A stretch of 64,000 nt of DNA from the human T2T-CHM13v2.0 reference genome, Homo sapiens: the NCBI RefSeq assembly GCF_009914755.1, contig NC_060944.1. One strand, 5' to 3'. Positions within the stretch are counted from its first letter, which is position 1, and every line of letters starts with the position of its first letter. The translations under genes and the position numbers were made by a program. Shown here piece by piece: positions 15,542 through 41,440 of this stretch. The notes under the pieces were generated by a model. The model had not been told where the DNA came from. It saw nothing but the letters and a program-made list of their open reading frames with translations, and ran no database searches.

Positions 15542-16310
15542 CTGAAAGCCCTGCCTTCCCATGGTAGCATCCACCTACCCTGCTTCTGTTGCAGCTGGGG
15601 CAGGTTAACATACGTGAGATTCTGATTCAGAAGTCTGCAGTGTGAGGAAATAGGCTGCACATGGCCCAACTACTTTGCTAGTGCAGATGGTGGTAGCAGT
15701 GGCAGCGAGAGGCACTGCAGAAACATGAATTTTCTGGCAGCCTGGGTGTGGCTATGAGCAGTTTTTCTCTATCAAGGTAGTTCTCCAGAACTCCTGGAAG
15801 CCTAGCCCTACACCTGTTTCTTCAGATCCATCATCTCCCAAAGGCTCTGGGTACCTCCTAACATCCTTTACAAAATGCCTTAATCTAAGCAGGCTGGAGT
15901 GGATTCTGTGGATTCCATCTCAGAGCCTGTGATCCTAAAATTTCCCTCCTCCCATATCTTATGTATGAGTTTTAAGCAGAATGGGTGGCCTTTGCCTTTT
16001 CGAAGTTTGTTCTGGCTGCTGTCAGAGAACAGACTGAGGGGCTGGGGTGGATAGGGGTGAGAATGGAAGCAGAAAGACTAGGTGAGAAGCTTTTGCTGAA
16101 ACCCAGGTGCAAGGTGGTGATGGCTTGGATTAAGGTAGTAGCAGTGCTGATGGGAAGAAGAGATTAAAGATACTTGGAGGCAGTGTCAACAAGACGTGCA
16201 GTGGATTGGATGTTAGGGACAGGAAAAGGAAAGAATCAATAGAACTCCTGTCTTTGAACTGAGAAACCAGGTAATTGAAGGTGGTGTTTATAGAGATGGA
16301 GAAGACTAGA

Positions 16311-16717
16311 TGATGTAGTTTGGGTATTTGTCCCCTCCAAATCTCATGTTGAAAATGTGATCCCCAATGTTGGAGGCGGGGCCTGGTGGGAGGTGTTTGG
16401 GTCATGGGGGGAACCCCTCATGAATGGCTTGGTGCCATACCCTTGGTGATGAGTGAGTTCTTACTCTGTTAGTTCATGCAAAAGCTGCTTGTTTAAAGGA
16501 GCCTGGCTCCTCCTCCTTTCTCTCTTGCTCCCTACCTCTCCATATGACACGCCTGCTCCCTCCTCACCTTCTGCCATGAGTGGAAGCTTCCTGAAGCCCT
16601 GACTAGAAGCACTGCTGCTGCCATGCTTGTACAACCTGCAGCCAAATAAACCTCTTTTCCTTATAAATTACCTAGTTTCAGGTATTCTCTTATACCAATG
16701 CAAAGTGGACTAACACA
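16311..16717 (+). mobile_element. MaLR MST-type solo LTR within an L2-like relic
   Basis: tgatgtagtttgg...ccaaatctcatgttg...aataaacctcttttccttataaattacc...ggactaacaca. Confidence 0.85.
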
Positions 16718-16768
16718 GTACAGGAAGGAGAGCTTAAAACTGGATTGGAAATCAAAAGGTCTTTCTAA

Positions 16769-17167
<399 letters not shown>

Positions 17168-17719
17168 TAATGTTGCCTTTGACCATATTGAATCTCCTTC
17201 TCCTGTGACATGCCTTTATTTGTTTTGCCTAAATGAATTCTTATTGTGGCAAAAAAAAACATAGTGGGCTATGTTTTTTATAGAGTCATGGGCTCTGGAG
17301 CCAGATGACCTGGTTTCAAACCCAAATTCCACATCCTACGAACTCTGAGGCCAGTTCCTCCTCATGAAGAGATAGATAATTATTGTCCCTACCTTAAAGA
17401 GTTGTAATGAATATTAAGTACATAAATATTTCACTACCTGGGGAATTACTGTTAATGAGTATGAGATTTTTTTAGAGCGATAAAAATGTTCTGAAATTAG
17501 ATAGCAGTGATGGTTGCACAAGTTTCTGTATACTAAAATCACTAAACTGTACATTTTAAAAGGGTGATTTTTATGGTATATGAATTAGATCTTTAAACAT
17601 TTTTTTGAAGAGCACTTAGGGCATGCCTGTTTAAATGCTAAGAGAGTGTTCATTAAAAGAAATTCAAATGAATTGCAAAAACAATAAACTACCTTAGATT
17701 CTAAAGTTGCTATTCTTCA

Positions 17720-18040
<321 letters not shown>

Positions 18041-18361
18041 GTTGCTATTCTTCAAATCCTGTCAGAGTTGGCCTCATTCTTGCAGAGCCTTCAACCTCTT
18101 CCCCCATCCTTCCCATATTTTCTCCTATCCCCTTCCCCTCAGGTGGTTCCCATCCCACCCCAAGTCTTTCTTTGTGATTACCTTAGAATTCGAGATGATA
18201 CTTTCTACCTTCTATTTCTTGTTCCATCAACTTTCCACAGCATCTCTGGACTCTCAGTCTTGGTAAGGTGCCTTCTAACTCTCATTCCTTTCTCTCCACT
18301 TCTCTACTCACTTCACAACTTCTATTGAAATAAGTCCTTTGCTTTTATGTTTCTAAACAGT

Positions 18362-18931
<570 letters not shown>

Positions 18932-18989
18932 AGGATTATTTTAAGTCATGGTAAGGTAAGGTAATTTGTTACACAGAAATCAATAACTA

Positions 18990-19626
18990 TGGCAGTTTAC
19001 TGGAACCACCTAACATGTTCATCTCGCCTACTGCTTGGATACAGCCAAAGACAGGGGAATTGTAAGAGAGAGAGAGTTTAATACATGTAGAGTTGGCTAA
19101 ATAGGAGACCAGGGTTTAATTATTACTCAAGTCAGCCTCCCCAAAAATTTAGAAGCCAGGGTTTTTTTAAAGATAGTTTGGTGCTCAGGGGGCTAGAGAA
19201 TGGGTGCTGTTGATTGGTTGTGGAATCACAGAAGTCATCTGGTTGTCAGAAATGCAGAAGTCTGAAAAGACATCTTAAAAGGCCAATCTTAGGTTCTACA
19301 ATAGTGATGATAGGAAGTTACAAATCTTGTGACCTCTGGAACAATGGCTGGTTATCCTTTAACTACACCTACATCTTACCAGAATTCAGGCCCCTCTCAA
19401 AATCCTAACTTTGTGGCCTTCTAATGGTTTTATAAAGGCAGTTTAGTTTTGGGAAGGACCATTATCATTTAAATTATAAACAAATTTCTCCCAAAATTAG
19501 CTTGGCCCACACCCAGGGATGACCAAGGGCAGTTTGGAGCTTAAAGACAAGATAGACTTGGTTAGATCAGATGTCTTTCATGCTCATAATTTTCTCACTG
19601 TTACAATTTTTGCAAAGGCAGTTTTA
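18990..19626 (-). mobile_element. ERV1 LTR, LTR8-like, antisense
   Basis: Ends tgcaaaggcagtttta, the reverse complement of an LTR8-like start, and resembles the 14783..15541 element. Confidence 0.75.
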
Positions 19627-19728
19627 TTACTGTGGAGTCAGCCACCCTGGGGAAGGGCTGTATTTCATAGTGCATGGATAGTTCCAAATAGTAGTATCCT
19701 AAGCGAGATAAAGAGATGGGTTTCTCTT

Positions 19729-20027
19729 GGCCAGGCATGGTGGCTCATTCTTATCATTTCAGCACTTTAAAAGGCCAAGGTGGGTGGATCACTTGGGCTC
19801 AGGAGTTCAAGACCAGCCTTGGCAACATGGCAAGACCTCATCTCTACAAAAAAAAAATACAAAAATTAGCTGGGCATGGTGGCACACACCTGCAGACCCA
19901 GCTACTCAAGAGGCTGAGGCAGGAGGATTGCTTGAGCCTGGGAGGTTGAGGATGCAGTGAGCTATGATTGCACTCCAGCGTGAGCAACAGAGTGAGACCA
20001 TATCTCAAAAAAAAAAAAAAAAAAAAA
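19729..20027 (+). mobile_element. Alu (older, AluJ-like)
   Basis: Dimer whose A-tail directly abuts the L1 5' end. Confidence 0.93.
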
Positions 20028-20029
20028 AC

Positions 20030-25776
<5,747 letters not shown>

Positions 25777-26012
25777 TAAACAGGACCAGAGATCATCTTG
25801 AACAAAGGAACTCACCCACTGGTACATATCTCAAGAGGAAAGCATAAATACACTGATGCACTTTGGCATCTTGAATTAATTTTTGTATAAGGTGTAAGAA
25901 ATCATTCCATACACTCACATTCTATTAGTATTTATTCATTTACTAAGACTTACATATGCCAAGATTGCTGCAAGCAGCCAAACGAGATTCATTCCATTCT
26001 ATAGACTTTATA

Positions 26013-26217
26013 GCAAGCTTGTCCAACCCACAGCCTGAGGGCTGCATGGGCTTTGAATGCAGCCCAACACAAATTCATAAACTTTCTTAAAACATTATGA
26101 GTTTTCTTGTGATTATTTTTAACTCATCAGCTGTTGTTAGTGTTAGTGTATTTAATGTATGGCCCATGACAATTCTTCCAGCGTGGCCCAGAGAAGCCAA
26201 AAGATTGGACACCCCCG
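26013..26217. mobile_element. MER30-like hAT element
   Basis: cttgtccaaccc...gcccaacacaaattcataaactttcttaaaacattatga...gccaaaagattggacacccc. Confidence 0.8.
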
Positions 26218-26369
26218 CTTTATAGCATTGTTTGCAAACTGGTGATTGCCAGGGCCCCATGCAGCATTCAGAAATATTTGGTTTGACCTGTGGATTTTCT
26301 TTTTAAACTCACTGCCAACATTTAAAAATCAGGAGATTTTACATTCTTAAAACCCAGATATTCAGCTTG

Positions 26370-26790
26370 GATCAGTTAGCATTTTCTGTGTAACAACCAA
26401 CCATTTACTCTCTCTTGTTTTTGTCATTCAGCAATTTGGGCTGGGCTCAGCCAGATGGTTCTGCTGGCCAGGGCCAGCCTGGCTGATCTCAGCTGGGCTT
26501 GTCCATGGGTTTGTAGTCAGCTGCCAGATCAGATGAGGCAGGCTGGCCAAGGGTGTCCTCGGCTGAGATGCTGTACGTGGTCTCATCTTACAGTGGACTA
26601 GTTTCTAAAGACAAAAGCCAAAGGGTGCAAGACATTTTGAGGGCTGGGCTCAAACGCACATGCCATCATTTCTGCTGTATTCTATTAGCCAGAGCAAGTG
26701 TTAGGCCAGCCCAGACTCAAGGGGTGGAGAAAGAGACTCCACCCTGGATGGGAGGGAAAGAATTTGTGGCCATTTTTGCAATCTACCATA
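26370..26790 (-). mobile_element. MLT1-like LTR relic
   Basis: catcatttctgctgtattctattagccagagcaag...gcccagactcaaggggtggagaaa is MaLR-type text. Confidence 0.6.
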
Positions 26791-27459
26791 CAGTTATCTT
26801 AAGAGATCAGTGGATGTGGCCACCTTAGGCCACATGGCCAGAGGTATCCATGTGCTAGAGCCCAGAAGCAGCTTCCTTCCTTAGACGGGTGTGTTTCTCC
26901 TGCACAAGCCTTGTCCTCGCTGCTTCACTCATTTATACGACCATCTGGCCCCGTGGGCAAGGGAGGGCTTGCCATTCCTGATCCCAGAATGATCTCCCTC
27001 CTCAATGTATCCCAAAGCCATGCCCAGCCATGAACGCAATTGTTGTGCCATACCCAGAAATCACTTTTCACTTCTCAGAAAATCTCTCCCTCTACTTCCC
27101 CTATTTCCTTCCCCTGCCAATAGCTGGTGGAAGAATCTGCGGGAGGAGTAGGGAGAGGTTATTCAATAACCTGAGGATTTAGAAAAAGGGCAGTTTGGGA
27201 GCCAAACAGCCTTGGGTTCCATGTTGGTTCCACTCCACTCATAATCTCTCAGTTTCCCCATCTGTAAAACTACCTGCTGTGTTGCCATATTCCTCTTTGA
27301 AGATATTGTGTCAAGTCGTACGTAGTGCATAAATGGGGACTCATTTTGATGTAATGGAAAAAATTAAGAAAAAAAGAAAATAGAAGAGTAGTTAATGTCA
27401 GTTGCCTGTTTAGCTCTGCAGCGCCCAAGCCTGATGAATTTACAAGCTTCCAAAAAAGG

Positions 27460-27910
27460 CAATTGCGGCTTGCGGAGGGTCTAGAGGCTCAGTTGCCCGA
27501 GGCTGTCTTGAGGAGCTGCCTTTGGGACTCCGCGAAACCTCGAAGTCTTGGGCTGCGCCTCCCCTTGCGCGGTCGGAGCCTTAGCAGAGCCTGCGGCGCC
27601 ACCTCGTGGGCGAGGCCGCCTGGTGCAAGGTCATCCAGTGCCGGGACCCGCTCCTCGCCCCGCCAGGACCCCCGCTCACCTCCAAGCTGGACGCCCGCGG
27701 AGCCCTGATCCCCTAACGCCCGCTTCCGAGGCCGAGCTCTGCAGCCCCCTGCAACCATCAGATCCAGATTGCCTTCCTGCACGAGCGCGCAACTCTCAGC
27801 CTCGGAGCGTGCTGGAAATGCTGATGGGAACCGTTTGAATGACCGGGCACGGGTCTGCAAGAAACTCAGCTCCCAGGCCAGCCGTGGCTCAGGAAGCCTC
27901 CCACGTCGGG
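27460..27910. promoter_or_regulatory. Orphan CpG-rich island
   Basis: High GC and dense CpG (ccgcgaaacctcg, tgcgcggtcgg, acgagcgcgc) in non-repeat sequence; no recognisable exon nearby. Confidence 0.75.
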
Positions 27911-28139
27911 TAGAATCCCAGGAATCCACCCTTGCCCCCATCCTCCCTTAACTTCCCCAAGCCTCAGTTCCTTCATCTGCAAAATCGAAATGGTGATAAT
28001 TCCAACACCAATAGGGGTGTGACCATCTGCACCAAGCACTCAGAGCCTGGCATAGAAAGTGCAGCTCTTCTTATTAATTAGGCCTGAAACTCCTCTGCAT
28101 AATAGTAATGTAATAATAGTAATGTAATAACAATAATAA

Positions 28140-28548
<409 letters not shown>

Positions 28549-30224
28549 TAAATGTCAAGCATTCCCATAAATTCAAGAACAGTGTTACCTCCATTTCACT
28601 GATAAGAAAATAAACTCAGAGATATTAAGTAATTAATCCAAGGTCAACTAGCAAGCAAGCAGGAGGACCAGAACTCAAATGCCAGGTTTTCTTCTTGGAT
28701 ACATATTGGCAGACCAAATCTCTCCCCACTTCCTGCCATTTTTCTTGCTTATCTATTAAAAAGGAGAAACTAAACTAATCAAGTGGCTTTGTTTCTTCTC
28801 CACCTGTCCCACCACTCCCGCCAACACCCTTCCATGACGTTCCTCATTGCCACGCTGGCAGGGTGGCCCTGGGTATTTGTCCCCATCTTATAGAGAGAAC
28901 ATGGAGAAGCTGAGTGGGGCTAAGGAGTTCAGATCACTCACTTGCCACACCCAGAAATCAGTAAGTTGTTGGGGAGTGGTGGGGGTCGAGCTGGAATCCA
29001 GAGCTCCAAGCCATCTCTCTCCCCAACACAGACCTGGGTCACAACCCTTGTGATCAAACCTGATGCTTTCCAAGGTATTGCCCTTTGCAACCTTGTGAGG
29101 CTGACTGAGGGAGGTTGCTGAGCAATGCTTCCAAATTGCTGAAGGATAAATGGGAGACAGGGCATACACACACACACACATGCACACACACACAGATATA
29201 CACCACTCCCTGGTCATCTGAGAATCAACATCACCTTACAATGTCCCTGTGTCTGAGCATTGGCCCACAGTGTTGAGGAGCTGACTAGGATGTGATTTTA
29301 GAGAAGATTGGAGCCCTGGGTTCTCACCTGTTAGCTGCCTCCTGACACGTCTGCTGATGTCTCACACCAACCCTGGAATACAACTTGTCCAAAGGGACAA
29401 TCTTGATTTACTTCCACATGGCAGCAATTCCCATAAATGCCTGACCATCCAGCTGGGTGCTCGGACGTGAAGTCTCTAGGGCCTCCGTGGGTCCTCCTTT
29501 CCTCGTCCCACCTCCAGGCCATCAACATTGTCACCACTAGAGCCCAAGTCACATCCTCTCTCACCCAGAATTCTGCACAACCCTCTCAATGGGTCTCCCA
29601 TTTCCTGTGTTGCTTCCTCCAACTCATTCTCTACCCAGCAAGCGTCATTGGATTGTGTCATTCCCCTGATTAAAACCCCTCAACAGTTACCCCCTGCAGC
29701 TAGGCTGAAATCCACATGGCCATGAGGCCCTGCAGATCAGGCTTCTGGCAGTTTTTCCAAGCTGTCTCATGCTTCTTGCATCATTGCCACGCTGGTCTTC
29801 CCAGAGTGCTGCCCCCACCTCCCAATACGCCAAGTTCTCTTCTTCCTTTGGAAATGCGCCATGCCATCCCCATTCTTGGCAGCCTCTTCCCACTGCAACC
29901 CCTGTGCGCTCCTTCTCCCGCTGCACACAGCAAGTGCATCCTTCTGGATGAGGCCTTTCTGATCACCCAATGCCACCACAATTCATGATGCTTTCCTCAC
30001 TTGGCTGTTAGTTTGTTGTGCATCACCCACACCCAACTCTAAGCTCCATAAGAGCAAGGGCCAAGCTGTCCACCCCATCACCCAGCGCCTGGCATAGCGC
30101 TGGGCAAATTAACAGACTCTATAAATACTTGAGGAGCGAATTAATGATACAACAGCTACAAGCCCTTATAGGAGAATCATACGTGCTGACAATCAATAAT
30201 TCTTAATATATTTTATAATAATAA

Positions 30225-30500
30225 TAGCCAACACCAATGTAGGCCTGCTCTGAGCCAGGCACTACCCTAAGCACTTTACATGTGTAAATGCATTTAACCC
30301 TCCCAATAACCCCATCATGTACCCAGTATTACTATACCCACCTTGGATATGGGGTGCTGGGTACATGATGGGGTTATTGGGGGGATTAAAGGCGTTCACA
30401 CATGTAAGGAAATTGAGGCACAGGTTAAGTAACAGGCCCAGTGTCACACAGCAAGCAGGTGGTGCAACTTGAGTTTCAGCCCGAGCTTCACTCCAGTGTT
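30225..30500 (-). mobile_element. MIR containing an internal inverted duplication
   Basis: MIR text (gccaggcact...gcactttaca...catttaaccctcccaataacc / gaaattgaggcacaggttaagtaac...gtcacacagc) interrupted by an inverted copy of itself. Confidence 0.8.
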
Positions 30501-30569
30501 CATGCCCTCAGCCTCTAGGCAACAGTGCCTAAATGTTCATCCACTAACGAAAGGGGTGAACCAACTCTA

Positions 30570-31220
<651 letters not shown>

Positions 31221-31494
31221 TCAACATGTTTTAATCCCATTTGGGGGAAAAATCAAACAAAGCAACAACCAGGTATGATTGTTCATACGTAGCAACATGG
31301 CTGGAAACACACACCGCAAGCGGCTGACTGGCCACTGCTGCGGCCTCCCCTGGACCCTCCCTCCAGGCTCTGGGCAAGTGGTGCTCGCTCTTCAGTGAGA
31401 CCCCGACTGCCCTTCAGAACATCTCCTGTCATGCTCCGGGCCTTTGCTCAGCTTCCTCATTATAGCACATATTTATTTGTTTAATTCCTGTCTC

Positions 31495-32181
31495 TGTAAG
31501 GGTGAATACAAATTGCGAAAGAAAAATAAAATTTTCTCTGATGTAAAAAGAGAAAAAGACCCCCTCTTTCTGTTAGAGCATTTCCTTGAGAAAACATGTA
31601 ATTATCCATTCTTCCTCTGGCCTTTTGAGATGTAAATCTCTTTAAAGTCTAGATAAGCCTCTTGCAGGTTTTACAACCCAGGAATATTTTTCTTACGGGT
31701 CTAAGAGCCTTCACTTTGAAATGTGAACATCAAGGAAGGTCGTCCTCCTATCTTCCAGTCTAGATGAGAATTAAATTTAGGTGACTAGCTGCAAGTTATA
31801 ACTATGTCCTTGTCACAGAGATATAAGAAGTTTGTTATTCCTTTGAATAACGACAATTAAGAAGCACAAATCAGCCACCCCAATTACCAAGTGAATGTAA
31901 GATAAACTATGTGTGATAAATGTGCTGTCAAATCCCCTTGCTTGAGGGTTGCATATTGTTGATCTCGGGAACACGGATGTAATGGGTCGTATCTGCTTGG
32001 CTACATGAAAGGGTGAGATTTCTTGCTGTCTTTGCAGCTTTTGAGCAGATTGCCAGTGACGTGCATTGCATTCTGGCTTAATATTTACTCACTGATAACA
32101 CTGTGTTCTTTCTTTTCTACTTTTGTGGAATGGCTTCCTGGCTTGGCAGGGGATTTTGTCTTTCATTATATTTCCTCAACA
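31495..32181 (+). mobile_element. ERV1-class solo LTR (MER34/MER39-like)
   Basis: TG...CA ends with a 4-bp duplication TCTC (31491..31494, 32182..32185), inside L2-like sequence. Confidence 0.8.
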
Positions 32182-32717
32182 TCTCTTCCTTAGTACAGCA
32201 TAAGATCCATAGGCTTTTTGTCCTTCTTGTTCACAGCCGTCCCCAGCATCGTGCCTGGCATTGAGTAGGCATTCAAAACATGTTTATGGAATAAATAAAT
32301 AAACCGACTCCCAATGTCATTTGAATTTTTTCTTTAACAATGAGCAAGTCTCACTTATTATAATAAAAAAAATTGAGCTTTTAAAAACTCTACAATTGCT
32401 AATAGAACAGGAACTGGTTTGCTTTACAGATCAGGATTTCATTTCCTGTTAATCCCCATGCTTCTCAGACATGAGTCAGTATGCTTCAGATCGTTATTAG
32501 TAACTACTTCAGACATTGTCATTAGCAGCCTCTGCAGACATCATGCAAAATAAAGAATTCCTTCAGAACTCACACTCCCAGTTACCTAGGTCCTTTCTAA
32601 GTACTGAGAATTTATCCCTTTCTATCTCAAAAGCACTGCAGAGAAGATTCTCAGAATGTTCAGCATCAGCACCTCAATCCTCCAATAAGCTACCAATTTT
32701 CAATTTTCACAGTGATG

Positions 32718-33142
32718 GGTTGTTTTTTTGTTTTTGTTTGTTTGTTTGTTTGTTTTGTTTTTGTTTTTTTGTTTTTGGGATTCTTTGTGTTTTTTTTGTT
32801 TTTTTTTTTTTTGTTTTTTTTTTTTTTTTTTGAGATGGAGCCTCGCTCTGTCACCCCAGGGCTGGAGCAAAGTGGAGCGAAGTGGCTAGTAGCGCTGCCC
32901 CGGCTCACTGAAGCCTCTGCCTCTCAGGCTTAAGTGATGCTCCCATCTCAGCCTCCCAAGTAGTGAATAGCTGGGGATTATAGGCGCCTGCCACCACGCC
33001 AGACTAATTTTTTGTATATTTGGTAGAGACGGGGTCCCGTCATGTTGTCCAGGCTGGTTTCAAACTCCTGAGCTCAAGCGATCTGCCCACCTCAGTCTCC
33101 CAAAGTGCTGGGATAACAGGCATGAGGCACTGCGCCTGGGCC
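32718..33142 (-). mobile_element. Alu with a long interrupted tail and internal insertions
   Basis: ~110-nt T-rich tract followed by an antisense Alu body. Confidence 0.9.
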
Positions 33143-35018
33143 ACAGTGGTGTTTTTATAAGTAGCATCTCTCCCTGAGTGGTCTCATCAGATTGGACAGC
33201 TCAGGTCCTGTGCACTGCACCCCTGCACCCATCCCAAAGCCTTCCACACTCTTCTCAGAATGAGTGGATGAAGAAAACCAAAAATGGTCATAGCACATTC
33301 TATGGTTAGTTTCCAGAAGGCAGTGTGCACACCAGGCCCTGTACCAAGCACCTTAGGTGCATTAACTCGCTTAATTCTCACAACCACCCCATGAGTTGGG
33401 TACTATTAATATCCCCAGTTTACAGATGAGAAAACGGAGGCTCCAAGATGTTGAGTGACTTGCCTACTCACATAGTTATTGGAGGCTAAAGTGGGGACAC
33501 ACTCTAGATGGCCTTGACCCCAAAGTCTCAGCTCTTAATCCAAAGCCATAAAATGCCCTTAGCCCCAAAGCAAGGAAACAAAAAAGAAAAAACTCAACCA
33601 GGCAGGAACCTGGCCAAGAGGAATCAGAATTTGTCTAAGTCACATTTTCTGAGTTCCTACCAAGTGCCAAGCATTAGCCTACACACACTAAAGATGTCAC
33701 CCAATGCGAGCCATGCAACAGCACTGAGAGGTGTGTACTATAACCATCGTCATTGCAGAGAGGGGGCTACGAAGCTGAGCAAGGGAAAGGGATCTACTAG
33801 GGCATCACAGTGAGTTAGTGGCTAAGGCAGAATCCAATTCAGGTCTGTCCCTGTGGCCAATGTTCTTAGCCGCAACTCTCCCAAAGCAATGAAGGAAAAC
33901 ACAAATGACCATCCAAATCGGTCCAAGTTCAAACAGGGACAGAGCTCCCCCAAGGCAGGCTGCGAGGAGAAAGGGGTTGTCCTGAAGTGGGCGGTGGTAG
34001 TTATCACTGGTGATGTTCTCCACACCAGCTTAAGGGGCAGAGTGAGTCCTCTGTCCTGGCAATGGAGAAGCTCAAGGGTTCTTTTTGTATGCCATCTCGC
34101 GGACAAGGGCCACCGGCCTGTGTTCCTGCTCTGTCTTCTTTTGTGCCCAGCGCCTTGCAGATGCTCAATTAATAGTTGCTGAATTGCACACTGACCACAA
34201 GGAGGTGAAAAAAAATTTTTAAAATAGTTGCCGAACAAAGGAATAAATGTACATGTTCCCTTCTACAAGAGACCTATAGCTGGTGCTTCCACAGTGGCCA
34301 ACTGAGAAGTGGTCTGAAGGGGCCTGGAATCCAGGTGTCCTCCTCTGCCCTCCTCCTTTCCATGTGGCCTACAAGGTCATTTGTGTGGAGAAGGATGAAG
34401 TGGGTCAAGGAGGAAAGCCTTGTGAGTGCTGATATCCTGCCTGTCCTGCACACATATGGTTGCTTTTAATCCTTGCAGGAAGCCACTGAGGCACTTGTCA
34501 TTATTTGTATATTACAGAGTAAGAAATCTGAGGTTCAAGGAGTTTACATCATTTCCCTCTGGCCACTCAGCCAGTAGTTATGCCCTCTGGAAGGCAACTC
34601 TGACCCGTTTGCCTCCAAAGACCCTGCCAGTTAACCACAGAGGGAGAAGAATGAGTAGGTACTGCGTGATGGACACAAACCACACACATGATCAGCACAC
34701 AGCAAGTATGTGGTGAATGAATGAATAAATGAGTGAACAAGAATATTTCAAGAAGAGGATTACTAACAGGATTTGTTATTACAAAACGTCATGAAAAATG
34801 GAGACTGGACAAAGTCTAGTAGATTTGACAGTTAATTTCAACTTACAGTAGCAAAAAAAAAAAAAAAACCTGAGGAAATCACCTATATATCCATCTCCAG
34901 GAGATTAGATTAATCATGGTGTATCCATATGACAAAATGCTCTACAGATTTTAAAATAATGTTCCACAATTACGGTTTTGACAGGAAACACATTCGTGAT
35001 CTTTAAAATGAAAACAGT

Positions 35019-35340
<322 letters not shown>

Positions 35341-37336
35341 TCAGCTTCTGGGAGTCAGGAATCCAGGCATGGCTTAGCTGGGTGCCTGTGGCCCAGGGTC
35401 TCTCACAGGGTTGCAATCAAGGTGTTGGCTAGGACTGTGGTTATCTCAAGGCTCACATGGTTGAGGGGAGGGTTAATCTGATTAGCAGCTCACCTGAAGC
35501 GGCTAGCAGGCCTCCGGTCCTTGCGGGCTATTGCCCGGAAGCTGCACTCTGTTCCTTGCCACATGGGGCTCTCCATGGGGCAGATCATGGAAAAGAGAAC
35601 CAAAGGGGGTGCCCAAGACTGGAGGAGCCACAATCTTTTGTAACCTCATCACAGTAGTGGCATTCCATCACTTTTCTGTATTTTATTTATCAGATGCAAA
35701 GATCTAGGCCCAACCTTAACCCAAGAGAAGGAGATTACACAGGTACATGAACACCAGGAGCTGAGAGTCACCAGCTTTAGGTTGCCTGCCAGAGAGCTCT
35801 GCCAGGTCCTGGATTTGGCATTAGCCTTGAGTGGGTGAGAGTCAATGGTCCCCCTTTGAATACCACTGAGAGTCCATCTGAGAGTTCAAGCCAAGCCAGA
35901 CTCCCTGACTTCCTGGTGCTGATTGTCTGACTTGGGAAAATGATTTTCTCTAATGAAGTTTTCATGTTGCTTCTGTAAGAAAGAAAGTTGATTACCACTC
36001 TCAGCCATTGCTCAATTGCATTTGTGACATGGAGCTAATTTTCTTTGATGACACATTATTCTCTCACTGCCACGCAAGTGTGCTTCTCATTTGTAAAATG
36101 CTGTCACCTCATTACTTGGCCATTAGAGGGTTTTAAAAGTGGCTTTCTAGAAATTATATTTCAGTTTCCATTTCAAGTAAAAACGAGCTTAAGCATGAGA
36201 CTTTAGTGATGCTATTTTCATATGCTTCTTTTGCCTTTCACCTCTAAAAGTCTTCCCAAGCGAGCTACATGTACTGCCTACACCTCAGTTTGGGTCAGTA
36301 GTTCTTTATTTCCTCCTTACTTCACCTTCCTCTCTGAGTCTATGTTGGACCAGATGCTGGGCAGCTGCAGAAATCTCATAGTATTTTCCTACATTTTTTC
36401 CAGGATGACACATAAAAGCCCAAGAGCCACGTGGATAACACACTTCCAGATACAGACAAAATAAGACACACACAAAATTACGGGATATAGTTCTTAACCA
36501 CCACAGCAATAGTTCTTAACCACCACAGGCATTGATCACACATCAATTACAGATCAATTACAGATGCCCACTACAGGGTGCAGAGAGATGAAATGGCACA
36601 TGTGGGTGTTATGGGCATGAAGTCTAATTGACCAGCTTCGTGGTGTATGAGCAGTCAGGATTTTTTTTTTTTTGAAACTAAATTAAATCACAGTCATCTA
36701 ATCTGTAATGGCCAAAAATTCCATCCCTGTACCATGCACCACCCTCCATGGGTCAAGCAAAGATGTTGGGGTTTCATGCTGGACAGAAGATTCTAGAATG
36801 ATTCTGTCTGGACTCTACACCAGTAATGGTGGCACCAAGGGGTGATTTGAGATATGGGGGAGCTAATAGGTGTCTATTTTGTTATTACGTATATCTTAAG
36901 TATACACATATGCTATACATTATTTGTTTTTTTAAAACTGCATCATAAAATGTTAAAATTTTAAGATCAGTTACTATTTCAAAACCTATTATCCCATCTA
37001 GGTCCTCAGAGTCCCACCACTGTGCCCCTCAGCAGGTGCCCGCACACATGCATGCACACACCTACGCACACACACGTGCCCCTGCACACCCCCGGAGATT
37101 CAGCTCTAAGAAGTGAATAAGCCACTTCCCACCACTGTCCCTGCCTTAAACTGGAGGAACCCACCCCCTCCTGCTGCTCCTGCTTCTCATTCCCCAAAGG
37201 CACTGCCCTCTCTGGCTTTCTCCTTCCAAGACATCTGGAGTATTCTCCTCAATTTGCTTAAACTGCTGCAAAAGATAGCAAGAGGGACCATCTGTAAGCA
37301 ACTTCTGCTTTTAGCTCCAGAACACAAAGAAGCTCA

Positions 37337-41440
<4,104 letters not shown>

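Noticed and set aside
27463-27951. ORFs in the orphan CpG island as a gene or pseudogene
   Set aside because: GC-driven frames with no recognisable homology or exon structure.
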